Below are positions 36,056 to 45,282 of a stretch of 64,000 nucleotides of DNA, one piece after another; position 1 is the stretch's first letter, and the number at the start of each line of letters is the position of its first letter. The DNA is from a virus (Duplodnaviria; Caudoviricetes). A program made the position numbers and the translations under genes. Location: positions 1 through 64,000 of IMG/VR virus record IMGVR_UViG_3300033420_000004; one strand, written 5' to 3'. The notes beneath the pieces are model-generated. The model was not told where the DNA came from. It ran no database searches and worked only from the letters and a program-made list of their open reading frames with translations.

Positions 36056-36370
36056 TTATATGCTAATTGGCATTTTAAACCTTTCAAAGTTTGTGGTAGC
36101 TTGCCTGCAGGTTATTTTTTCATTTATAACTTTTTCCCCTTTTACCACCCAATTGTACAGGGCATTTTGTAATTCTTTTTTTGATATGTCTTTGCTATTT
36201 GCCCTAACCATAAACGCAAACCCTGCAAAAATTTTTTCTATTCTTAAACCTTCGGGAGTGGTGAACGGCATGGAGCCCCTTTGAAAGTCAAAATAAAGGG
36301 CATTTACTTTGATATTTCGACCTGTGTAAACTTGGTCAGCAGTTTTTGATTTGAATTCTTTTTTGGTCAT
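36056..36370 (-). CDS. Early hypothetical protein (104 aa)
   Basis: Probable start MTKKEF at 36370; the track's upstream extension runs through a hairpin. Confidence 0.6.
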   Translation of the reverse strand: MTKKEFKSKTADQVYTGRNIKVNALYFDFQRGSMPFTTPEGLRIEKIFAGFAFMVRANSKDISKKELQNALYNWVVKGEKVINEKITCRQATTNFERFKMPISI

Positions 36371-36452
36371 TTTTTTACGTTTTTTTGGAATTTTGATTAA
36401 TTTTTTTTGATTTTTGAGCCCTGCCAAGGGTTGCAGGGCTCTTTTTTGTTTT

Positions 36453-36692
36453 TTAGAAAAAATGAATTTCAAATTTTTCTGATGTTCTGTTAAAATCGAT
36501 TCTATACATTAGCCTGCATGCTTTTGCTATGTTTATGAATTCTTCGAGCAGGTAAATTTGATCTTTGAAAGTTATCACAATTCTGTCCTCTGTTCCCTCA
36601 ATTGATGTCACTTCAAATTTGGCATGATTAAAAAAATCCAATTGTAAATTTATTAATGTTACGGCTAATTTTACGTTTTTTTGAGTTTTCAT
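36453..36692 (-). CDS. Early hypothetical protein (79 aa)
   Basis: A-rich leader. Confidence 0.55.
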   Translation of the reverse strand: MKTQKNVKLAVTLINLQLDFFNHAKFEVTSIEGTEDRIVITFKDQIYLLEEFINIAKACRLMYRIDFNRTSEKFEIHFF

Positions 36693-36719
36693 TTTTTTAC
36701 GTTTTTTGGGAGTTGTTTT

Positions 36720-36830
36720 TTAGTTTTCAATTAAATTCATCAATATAGCAAGGTCAGTAATTTGGTCCTGATAATTGATAAAGTTTGCAATTTCTTCGCT
36801 GTTTGCTGATAATTCATAAAAGTTGTACAT
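36720..36830 (-). CDS. Small ORF (36 aa) absent from the ORF track
   Basis: MYNFYELSANSEEIANF...; carries the ACATCAAAA leader at the standard distance. Confidence 0.5.
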   Translation of the reverse strand: MYNFYELSANSEEIANFINYQDQITDLAILMNLIEN

Positions 36831-36865
36831 GTTTTTTAGTTTTTTGATGTTAATAAATTGATATT

Positions 36866-37054
36866 TTAGAATGGTAAATTTGGTTCTGTTGTAATGTACT
36901 GCAATTCGTAGGCGCCCATAAATTGATCATGTTTTTTTTCAGTTTCAATACTTTTTATTGATCTATTTGCAGAATCCAAAAAATATTGCAGGTCCTTAGG
37001 ATTAATCCACTTTTTTGAAAAGTCTAGGTATATGGTGAAATGTAAGTGATTCAT
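36866..37054 (-). CDS. Early hypothetical protein (62 aa)
   Basis: A-rich leader; ends EPNLPF. Confidence 0.55.
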   Translation of the reverse strand: MNHLHFTIYLDFSKKWINPKDLQYFLDSANRSIKSIETEKKHDQFMGAYELQYITTEPNLPF

Positions 37055-37114
37055 TTTTTTAGGTTTTTTAGTTGGAGCCTGTTTTGATGTTTGCAGGCCC
37101 CAAATTTTGATTTT

Positions 37115-37738
37115 TTAGTGAATTGGTATAACTATTATTTTTTGGCCTTTTTTGCTGCAAATATTGCATTTTTTGCAGTCTGATATACATTTTACAACTT
37201 TGAATCCATCAATATGTTTCTTGCTTATTGCCTCGGTATAATCGACCTTATTTAATCCACAAAATAAGTTGCTTGCCTCACCTGTTTTTAATTTGTCAAT
37301 ATTTTCGAGCCCTGAAAAATTAACGGCAAAATTAACACCTTTGAAATTTAGGTCCGTTCTTGCCGTATAAACATAAGTTTTAACGTTTAAACCTTTTGAA
37401 ATTTGGTTCAATTTATCAATTGAGTTTTGGTTTTTGAAATCGCCTGACTCACTAACACGAAGTAAATTAACTTTTATGCGTTTTTTTGCTATAGCTGCAT
37501 TGAATTCACTTATAAATTGATCTGAAGTACATTTATCAAAATAATAATTTTGGCGGTCCCTGAATGGTAAAACTTGTTTATATAAATGTTCAGCCTTTTT
37601 AGCGTAACAAACTTTTGATAATTTGCATAGGCCTAATTTATCTGAGGGGCAGCGCATTGCGGAGCTCATGTTAAAAATTGCAGTACTTTTTGGTAGTTTA
37701 GTGTTCCCAAAACTTAATATGTTTTTTAAAGTTTCCAT
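37115..37738 (-). CDS. GP88-like Cys-rich protein
   Basis: GNTKL...C(x6)C(x5)CYAKK, RVSESGDF, YVYT and terminal CxxxCxxCxxC. Confidence 0.6.
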   Translation of the reverse strand: METLKNILSFGNTKLPKSTAIFNMSSAMRCPSDKLGLCKLSKVCYAKKAEHLYKQVLPFRDRQNYYFDKCTSDQFISEFNAAIAKKRIKVNLLRVSESGDFKNQNSIDKLNQISKGLNVKTYVYTARTDLNFKGVNFAVNFSGLENIDKLKTGEASNLFCGLNKVDYTEAISKKHIDGFKVVKCISDCKKCNICSKKGQKIIVIPIH

Positions 37739-37765
37739 GTTTTCTAGGTTTTTGATGTTAATAAA

Positions 37766-37900
37766 TCAAGCTATGCAGTTAATTGTGAAGTAATACTTTA
37801 GTACAAATACAATTGATAATACTATAGCTACTGAAAAAACAGATAATAATATCATTTTAAGTTTATCTGCTGCGCTCACTTTAATTTGTTTAGTTTTCAT
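37766..37900 (-). CDS. Small membrane protein (44 aa), first gene of the leftward arm, absent from the ORF track
   Basis: MKTKQIKVSAADKLKMILLSVFSVAIVLSIVFVLKYYF; one transmembrane helix. Confidence 0.55.
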   Translation of the reverse strand: MKTKQIKVSAADKLKMILLSVFSVAIVLSIVFVLKYYFTINCIA

Positions 37901-37934
37901 AAGGCTAAAATTTTTGTTTGTTTGTTTGTTTCTG

Positions 37935-37967
37935 TAAATGTAATATTAACGACGTTAAAAAAGCAAG
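37935..37967 (-). promoter_or_regulatory. Probable leftward early promoter with palindromic operator-like spacer
   Basis: CTTG-N21-TACATTTA (variant -33/-7); contains the palindrome TTAACG-A-CGTTAA at 37946-37958. Confidence 0.5.
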
Positions 37968-38014
37968 AGCAAAGCGAAAATAAATTGAAAATAGTTGCTC
38001 AAACCCAGGCAGGC

Positions 38015-38493
38015 TGCGGGTTTCAGAAGGTCAAAAAAAGGCAAAAAACAGGCAAAAAAGCATAAAAACAGGTAAAAAACGACATGCAAAAACATCAAAA
38101 AACGTCATATTTTTATAGTGACGTTAAAAAACAGATAAAAACAGGCAATAAATAAGCTATAAAAACATGCATATATAAACAGTAAATAAAGTAATGTAAA
38201 ACAGGTATGAAATTAACCATATAAAAACAACTAATAAAATATAATTGAATGCATGTAATAAAGTAGTATAATTATACCATGCAATTATATAATACTAATA
38301 TGTAAACAATACGACGTTAAAAAATATATAATATAATGCAATTGCATAGTAAAAAGATAATAATAACAGAACGGCCGCAAAACGACGGCGCACGCCCTCC
38401 AATATAGTCAAAAATCAAAAATGCGTTAAAAAAGGCCTTCTCCAGTAACGCGATATTTGAAAAAACTCAATGTTTATGCGGGTTTCAGAAGGT
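38015..38493 (+). repeat. 17-bp direct repeat TGCGGGTTTCAGAAGGT, two copies
   Basis: Exact copies at 38015-38031 and 38477-38493. Confidence 0.8.
38033..38102 (+). repeat. Phased A-tracts (intrinsically bent DNA)
   Basis: A5-7 tracts start at 38033, 38043, 38054, 38064, 38074, 38088 and 38097. Confidence 0.7.
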
Positions 38494-38938
38494 TGCAACA
38501 CTTCAATAAATAACAGTAAATAAACAGTAATACATAAGGCATGCATGCCAATGCGCGCAAACGCGCAGTAGGCAAGGGATCCCTGCAGGACCTGCGCTAT
38601 GGTCCATTGTATATAGGCTAATAAATATGGAACAGGCCTTGAAATGCAGTAAATAAAGGCAATACATGCATACATATGCAATGCATCCCGCGCCTGGCGC
38701 GTGTTGCAATGGACCGTAGGCCTGGAAATCAACAGCAGTACGGCAAAGAGAAGAGGCACCCCCTATGCTTTAGGATTTTCAAAAAGCGATGGCTGGGCCG
38801 AGTCCATCTCCGCAATTGTGTGAAAATTTTTACCCGGAAATGAAGTCCTGAAAAAATCTACAAAAATTTTTTACCCCGAAATCGAGGTTTGACGTTAATA
38901 AATGTGTGTGGGCGGGTGTGGGTGTATGTAAAAATAAG

Positions 38939-38970
38939 TTTGGAAAATCAGAAGCTTGTTTGTAAATTTG
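38939..38970 (+). promoter_or_regulatory. Bacteroidota-type promoter upstream of terS
   Basis: TTTG-N20-TAAATTTG. Confidence 0.65.
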
Positions 38971-39000
38971 GTGCTTTAGGTTTATGTCGGAATTAAAAAC

Positions 39001-39672
39001 ATGGTTATGGCAAAGCAGACAGATGAGTTCGATGACTTGGAGGATGACTTGGAGGATGGGTTCGAAGAAGAGACCCCTAAGCCCTACGAGCCCCCCGTAC
39101 CTGGGAAAAAGCGAGAGCGGGATATGTTATTCAGCAAACCGCCTCAGGGTGCCAACGGTGGTCATAAGACGTTAGTGCATACCAAGAGGGAGCTGGTACA
39201 TGCTTTCCGATTGTCGCTGATGGGTGGCGGCAGTAAGGAGTTGGCTGATTTCTTTGGAGTGCAGGTATATACGATTGATTATTGGAAAAAGACAAAGCCG
39301 GAGTTCGCACTTGCCGTTAGAAAAGGGAAGGAATACGCTTCCATGAAAGTTGGGAAAAGTTTGTACAAGATATGTGTGGGATACACTGTGGTTGAGACCA
39401 AAGAAATGACGGGTACCAATTCCAAAGGCGACCCGATTTCCTACACCATTACCACAACCAGGCACATACCACCGAACATCAAAGCCATTATATTCTTCTT
39501 AACCAATAAAGAACGCGCGCTTTGGACAGATACCACTAAATTGGAACTAAGCGGAAGTGTGGATGCCATTAAAAAATTGGATATGTCAAAACTAAGCCCT
39601 GAAGAACAGGCACTGGCGAAAAAAATAGCAATCTTACAAATATCGGGACTAAGTGGAACCTCTGCAAACTGA
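39001..39672 (+). CDS. terS: Terminase small subunit
   Basis: HTH ELADFFGVQVYTIDYW..KPEF, KSLYK..VGY and PPNIKAIIFFLTN..W; overlaps terL. Confidence 0.8.
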   Translation: MVMAKQTDEFDDLEDDLEDGFEEETPKPYEPPVPGKKRERDMLFSKPPQGANGGHKTLVHTKRELVHAFRLSLMGGGSKELADFFGVQVYTIDYWKKTKPEFALAVRKGKEYASMKVGKSLYKICVGYTVVETKEMTGTNSKGDPISYTITTTRHIPPNIKAIIFFLTNKERALWTDTTKLELSGSVDAIKKLDMSKLSPEEQALAKKIAILQISGLSGTSAN

Positions 39673-41236
39673 TGATAAATTAGAGCGAACCCGGTTTTTT
39701 CAAGCCGAGGAGTCTGAGATTCTTTCAAAAATGGAAGAAGAAGCTGCCTCGACGGATCAAGTGATGAACACCGCTATTCAAAGCCCTATAGCATTACTGC
39801 AGCAAGTCGGCCTTACCTTGGCGGAATTCATCGAAGTCTTCTGGAGCGAAGTGAGTAAAGACAATTACCATCCCAACTGGCATATAGCTTACCTGTGCAA
39901 GGAATTGGAAGAACTGGCAGAACGTGTGGGTAATAACCAACCCAAAGACCATGATCTTATTATCAACATACCGCCGGGAACCACAAAAACCATCACCTGT
40001 AGCATTATGTTCCCCGTGTGGTGTTGGACAAAATGGCCATGGATTAAATTCATTTGCTGCTCGTACTCAGGATTATTGGCGTTAGAAAGTGCAGAAAAGT
40101 CCCGTGATATCATGCGCAGCGACAAATTTAAAATGCTGTACCCCAATATCGGTATCAAAGAAGACAAAAACACAAAGAGTAATTATCAAATCTATACCAA
40201 GGAACACGTATTTCCTGGACAAATGCCAAGACAAGTGCTTGGTGGCACGCGTTACAGCACGTCTGTAGGCGGTACGCTGACAGGGTACCACGGACACATA
40301 CAAATCGTGGATGATCCCATTAACCCCACACAGGCAGCCTCTACAACAGAAATTGATAACGCCAATAATTGGGTGGAACAAACACTTAGCACCCGTAAAA
40401 CCGATAAAGAAGTTTCTGCAATGATCTTAGTTATGCAGAGATTACACCAAAATGACCCAACAGGACATCTTTTAGAGAAGAAAAAGGAAAATATTCGCCA
40501 TATTTGTCTTCCGGGAGAAATACGGAACTATAAAGACATGGCAATGCCTAAAGACGTGGTGAAACATTATATCGACGATTTACTGGACACCCGAAGAATG
40601 TCATGGAAAGTGCTTACCGATATGGAAGCAGATTTAGGGCAATACGGGTTTGCAGGTCAGATTGGACAAAAACCAACTCCCCCAGGAGGAGGTATGTTCA
40701 AGGTGGATAACATTATTATTATCGATACCTTACCACCAATGAATCAGTTTGTAAGTTGGATCAGATTTTGGGATAAAGCAGGCACAATTGGGAAGGGCGC
40801 ATTTACAGTAGGTTTAAAGATGGGAAGAACCCACGCGGGCAAATTCATCATCACAGACATAAAACGAGGGCAATGGGGCTCAGAAACAAGGGAGCGCATA
40901 ATAAAAAGCACCGCCGAGGCAGATGGAGTAGAAATTCCTGTAGGAATTGAGCAGGAACCAGGGTCAGGGGGAAAGGAATCAGCTGAATCAACCGTTAGAA
41001 ATCTTGTGGGATTTGTCACAAAAGTAGACAAACCTACAGGAGATAAAGCGTTTCGAGCAGACCCGTTCTCAGTTCAGGTAAATTATGGTAATGTGCAGTT
41101 GTTGCGAGGTGATTGGAACCGGGAGTTCATCGAAGAACTACGGTTCTTCCCATTTGCAACATATAAAGATCAAGTGGACGCAGGAAGTGCAGCGTTTGCG
41201 CAACTTGCCAGTAAGAAATTCGTTAAAAGCTATTAA
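39653..41236 (+). CDS. terL: Terminase large subunit
   Basis: Walker A INIPPGTTKT, Walker B IVDDP, MQRLH and nuclease motifs WDKAG, EQEPGSGG and DQVDA. Confidence 0.95.
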   Translation: MEPLQTDDKLERTRFFQAEESEILSKMEEEAASTDQVMNTAIQSPIALLQQVGLTLAEFIEVFWSEVSKDNYHPNWHIAYLCKELEELAERVGNNQPKDHDLIINIPPGTTKTITCSIMFPVWCWTKWPWIKFICCSYSGLLALESAEKSRDIMRSDKFKMLYPNIGIKEDKNTKSNYQIYTKEHVFPGQMPRQVLGGTRYSTSVGGTLTGYHGHIQIVDDPINPTQAASTTEIDNANNWVEQTLSTRKTDKEVSAMILVMQRLHQNDPTGHLLEKKKENIRHICLPGEIRNYKDMAMPKDVVKHYIDDLLDTRRMSWKVLTDMEADLGQYGFAGQIGQKPTPPGGGMFKVDNIIIIDTLPPMNQFVSWIRFWDKAGTIGKGAFTVGLKMGRTHAGKFIITDIKRGQWGSETRERIIKSTAEADGVEIPVGIEQEPGSGGKESAESTVRNLVGFVTKVDKPTGDKAFRADPFSVQVNYGNVQLLRGDWNREFIEELRFFPFATYKDQVDAGSAAFAQLASKKFVKSY

Positions 41237-41238
41237 TT

Positions 41239-42684
41239 ATGGAACGAACAAAGAACCAATCTCCGTTGAATAATGAAGATTTACGGGCATTTGCAAGCGA
41301 ACTTTCTGCAAGGAACCAGTTAGCGGCAAAAATAGGCATGACAATGTATGAGGGTAAGAGAAACCTTTACGGAGCTCTTGGATACCCAACAAACCTTGTA
41401 TTTGATGATTTTTTGGCGAGATACATGCGTCAGGATATCGCCAAGGCAATAATTGACAGGCCCGTCACCGCCACATGGCAGGGAGTCTTGGAACTCATAG
41501 AAACTGACGATGCTGAGGAAACCGCATTTGAGAAAGCCTGGAGAGACCTTAACTACAAATTCAAGCTTAAAGGTGTGTTGGAACGTGCTGACAGGCTTAC
41601 AGGACTTGGTGAGTATGGTATTTTATTATTAGGACTTGATGACGTTAGAAATGTTGAAGGGTTTGCAGCTCCTGTAAAATCGGGACCAAGGGTACTAAAG
41701 TATTTGAAACCGTTCAGCCAACAAACCGCTGTTATCGATACATATGAAACCGACCCATCCAATGAAAGATATGGATATCCGTTAATGTATAGTATCGAGG
41801 TAGCGGACGTTGCAAGCGGTGCAAGTCAGCAGGTAAAAGTGCACTACAGCAGGGTAATTCACATTGTGGACAACTCTCTGGAGTCTGAAATAAAAGGCAC
41901 ACCTAGACTTCAGGCTGTGTTCAATAGGTTATTTGACGTTGAAAAGATTGTTGGCGGTAGCGCTGAAATGTTTTGGAGAGGCGCACGCCCAGGATTTAAG
42001 GGAACCGTTGACAAAGAGTATACAATGACTCCCGCTGCAAAAGAAACATTGCAAAATGAGATCGAAGAGTATGAAAACAACCTTCGCAGGTTTTTAATCA
42101 ATGAAGGTGTGTCCATAGAGGGTATGGAATCGCAGGTATCTGACCCAAAGAACCATCTAGATGTACAATTGACGTTAATTTCTGCAGAGACAGGAATTCC
42201 CAAAAGAATATTATCCGGAAGTGAACGTGGGGAGCTTTCTTCAGCACAGGATGTTGGGGAATGGAAAACTTATGTAAAATCACGCAGAGAAAGTTGCGCA
42301 GAACCACAAATTATACGACCTTTGGTAGACAGGTTCATTGAATTCAAGATACTTCCGAAACCGTCAGAGGAGTACCATATCGATTGGGAAGATTTGTTTG
42401 CAACAAGTGAGCAGGCAAGGGTTGAAATGGGGAAAGCAAGAGCTAACGCACTGCGTGAGTACACATACAACCCACTAGCAGCAATGGTTGTTCCTCCAGA
42501 CGGGTTTAAAGAATTCTTCCTTGGATTTGACCGGAAACAGATTGAATACATGAAACAATTGAATACCGATGAGATATTAGAGGAATTGGCTAGCGTACAG
42601 GACGTAATGGCACCTCCTGCACTCGAGGCCCCTGTTGAAAAGAAACCCGAGGCTAAAAAGAAAACAACAACCAGAACTAAATAA
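41239..42684 (+). CDS. Portal protein (DUF1073-type)
   Basis: DIAKAIIDRPV..TW and GIPKRILSGSERGELSS..D; follows terL. Confidence 0.85.
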   Translation: MERTKNQSPLNNEDLRAFASELSARNQLAAKIGMTMYEGKRNLYGALGYPTNLVFDDFLARYMRQDIAKAIIDRPVTATWQGVLELIETDDAEETAFEKAWRDLNYKFKLKGVLERADRLTGLGEYGILLLGLDDVRNVEGFAAPVKSGPRVLKYLKPFSQQTAVIDTYETDPSNERYGYPLMYSIEVADVASGASQQVKVHYSRVIHIVDNSLESEIKGTPRLQAVFNRLFDVEKIVGGSAEMFWRGARPGFKGTVDKEYTMTPAAKETLQNEIEEYENNLRRFLINEGVSIEGMESQVSDPKNHLDVQLTLISAETGIPKRILSGSERGELSSAQDVGEWKTYVKSRRESCAEPQIIRPLVDRFIEFKILPKPSEEYHIDWEDLFATSEQARVEMGKARANALREYTYNPLAAMVVPPDGFKEFFLGFDRKQIEYMKQLNTDEILEELASVQDVMAPPALEAPVEKKPEAKKKTTTRTK

Positions 42685-42686
42685 AA

Positions 42687-45260
42687 ATGGCAACAATAGC
42701 AGTTGATACATATTTGGATGGTGGTGTCGCAAGGACAGCAGGTGAGGCTTGGACGTGTAACGGCGGTATATTAACTGTTCGTACAGATACAAGATGGCAC
42801 TTAAATGCTCCTGCTACAATGACAGGTGCTATAGGTGCTGTTACTGTATCAGCTACTTTAGGCGGTGGTTATTACATAGATGCTACTGCGGTTAGATGGC
42901 TTGCTATTACTGGCGGTAGCGGAACGCCTGCTATTGGAGATATTGTTAGTCAAGGAGGAGTGTCTGGTTATTATTTAGGTTACTGGGCTTCATTAACAGC
43001 AGCTCCTACATTAGCTATAGGTGCTACAGGTTTTATTAAACTTAGAGAAGTTACAGGTGGTGCTTTTAGTGCTGGTGCTTTAACATTTAGTGGTACAGGT
43101 GCTGCAACTGCGAGTGGAGCTGATGTGACAGGTTGGATTGAAGTAGTGCACGATCAGAATGTTACTATTACTGTACCTCGACTTGGTAAGTTCCAAACAA
43201 GAGGTGATTGGTTTTATCTTGACAATACAACGGGAAGTGCTAATCAATTAGTTCAGATTCCTACAAATGGGAGTGCTACTGCTTATGTTCCGGGAGTATG
43301 GATTGAAACAAGTTCTGGAAGTGGGGTTTATGAATATTATCCTTCTCTGTATGCAGCAGGGATGACTACTACAAACTTAGGTACTGATGCGAGAAGTAAG
43401 TTTGTATGTATGGAGACTAATGGTAATATACGTATAGGTCATAATGGTACAGCAACTGTAGGGTATGTTCCAACAAGTGGGTGTAAAGTCCGAATACCTA
43501 ATATACTTGGAAGACAGGCGTTAGCAGCATCAAGAGCCACAACGGTTATTCCAAGTGCTACAGCATCAACAAGAACAGATTTCCTTACTACTGGTGCTGG
43601 TGCTATTGACATGGAGTATTTTTCAACTGATTGGTATTTGAATTTTAGTCAGGCTTATTCGTTTAGAGCACATCATTCTTGTACTTTTGATTACTTATCC
43701 TTATCAGAAATAGCCACTGCATTAGATATTGATGATTTTGGGAAAAGCACATCGCAGTCTGTTGATGTTCGATCTTTTAATGCTACATCTTGCTTCGCTG
43801 GTGGTACGATAGCCAATTCTAACTTTCAACGTTTCTCATCAGGAACTACCGACCACTCCTTTGAAATCCTTTATTGTAAAGATATAACAATAAGTAATAC
43901 TAAGTCAGGAATTATAAACTTTACTCGCTCTTCGGGTATGAGTTTTCAGGTTACACAATCAACCAACATCACTTTTAACAATTGTTACAGCCATAACCAA
44001 GGGATTCAAATCACTTCATCTTTCAATTGTACGATAAACGACTACGACCATTGTGACAGATATGTAGGAACAACTAACATCACTGGTATTTATGCAATAT
44101 ATATTCTTGCATCATCAGATAATATAATGGTTGATGGAGTTACATTTGGATATGGAGGTACTATTGCTAATGTTCATCCTTACTTAGGGATATTTAACGT
44201 TGGACAAAGTTCAAATATTAAATTAAGGAATATAGGAAGCAGGGCAACTGCATTGAGTGGTGGTTCGGCAAACAACCCTGCTTATATTTACGTATCGGCT
44301 GGTAACAATAATGCTGTTAAGTTACAGCGTATTTATATGACACCTACAAGAACAGGGGCAATATCTACACTGAACTCCGATAAGAATGTGATTTATGAGC
44401 ATGTTTACGGGGACATGGTAGATGCTATTGTATTAGCTGATCTTAATTCGGTTGCTAAGAATTGTGGTGGTACAACTTCTGTTACAGGACAGGCTTCTGT
44501 CTATGGCACACATTTCTGTGATGCTTTCACGTCAGATACAGTAGGCAGGGTAACCCTACCTATGAATGAACAAACAACCGAAACAACTTCATTAATAACT
44601 TACGTAGCAGGTACACCCAAGTTTACAAGTGCAGGGCAGTTAACAATGCAGACTCTTAATGATGAAATAATAATAGAGCAGTCATATTTTGTTAAAGGGT
44701 GCACCGCATTAACAAATACAGCTCCTATAGTTACAGGAACAAATGTTACTTATTCTTCTGGTGCGAGGTGGGGTAATCATGATATTTATTATCAAATAGA
44801 TACTGGTAGTGGCTATGGTGGATCGTGGAAAGACTTAACAGCAACTAATCTTAGTGGGGAGAGTATAACAGCAAGTACAGGTTTCAAACTTAAATATAGG
44901 ATAGTTACGGCAACAGCATCAACAACAAATGCCATAACTTATATAAGAATAACAACAACAAGTACATTAGCTTCTCAAACAGATAACCTTTATCCATTAG
45001 ATACAATCACATTAACAGTAACAGGACTTATAAGTGGTTCTGATGTTGTAATATATAAACACAGCGATTTAAGCGTAATTGACTCTGTAGATGCAAATGG
45101 AAGTACTACTTGGAATTATAATTATGAAACAGCACAGGCAATTGATATAGGAGTGTTTAAAGCAGGGCAGATTCCTTTTTACATAAGGAACTACTCACTT
45201 GGGAGTACAAATTCTTCATTACCAGTGGCGCAAGTATCTGATAGAGCTTATTTAGAATAA
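42687..45260 (+). CDS. Large beta-rich probable structural protein (857 aa)
   Basis: Thr/Gly/Ser-rich with a beta-helix-like central region and Ig-like C-terminal domain. Confidence 0.6.
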   Translation: MATIAVDTYLDGGVARTAGEAWTCNGGILTVRTDTRWHLNAPATMTGAIGAVTVSATLGGGYYIDATAVRWLAITGGSGTPAIGDIVSQGGVSGYYLGYWASLTAAPTLAIGATGFIKLREVTGGAFSAGALTFSGTGAATASGADVTGWIEVVHDQNVTITVPRLGKFQTRGDWFYLDNTTGSANQLVQIPTNGSATAYVPGVWIETSSGSGVYEYYPSLYAAGMTTTNLGTDARSKFVCMETNGNIRIGHNGTATVGYVPTSGCKVRIPNILGRQALAASRATTVIPSATASTRTDFLTTGAGAIDMEYFSTDWYLNFSQAYSFRAHHSCTFDYLSLSEIATALDIDDFGKSTSQSVDVRSFNATSCFAGGTIANSNFQRFSSGTTDHSFEILYCKDITISNTKSGIINFTRSSGMSFQVTQSTNITFNNCYSHNQGIQITSSFNCTINDYDHCDRYVGTTNITGIYAIYILASSDNIMVDGVTFGYGGTIANVHPYLGIFNVGQSSNIKLRNIGSRATALSGGSANNPAYIYVSAGNNNAVKLQRIYMTPTRTGAISTLNSDKNVIYEHVYGDMVDAIVLADLNSVAKNCGGTTSVTGQASVYGTHFCDAFTSDTVGRVTLPMNEQTTETTSLITYVAGTPKFTSAGQLTMQTLNDEIIIEQSYFVKGCTALTNTAPIVTGTNVTYSSGARWGNHDIYYQIDTGSGYGGSWKDLTATNLSGESITASTGFKLKYRIVTATASTTNAITYIRITTTSTLASQTDNLYPLDTITLTVTGLISGSDVVIYKHSDLSVIDSVDANGSTTWNYNYETAQAIDIGVFKAGQIPFYIRNYSLGSTNSSLPVAQVSDRAYLE

Positions 45261-45282
45261 AAACAATTTAACACGATAAACA

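Noticed and set aside
38415-38759. Minus-strand ORFs of 114 and 68 aa in the control region
   Set aside because: Non-protein-like composition and no leader motif; the region is better explained as non-coding.
41239-42684. Anti-CBASS (Acb1) label sometimes attached to DUF1073 proteins
   Set aside because: Size and position after terL indicate a portal; no 2H phosphodiesterase HxT/S motifs noticed.
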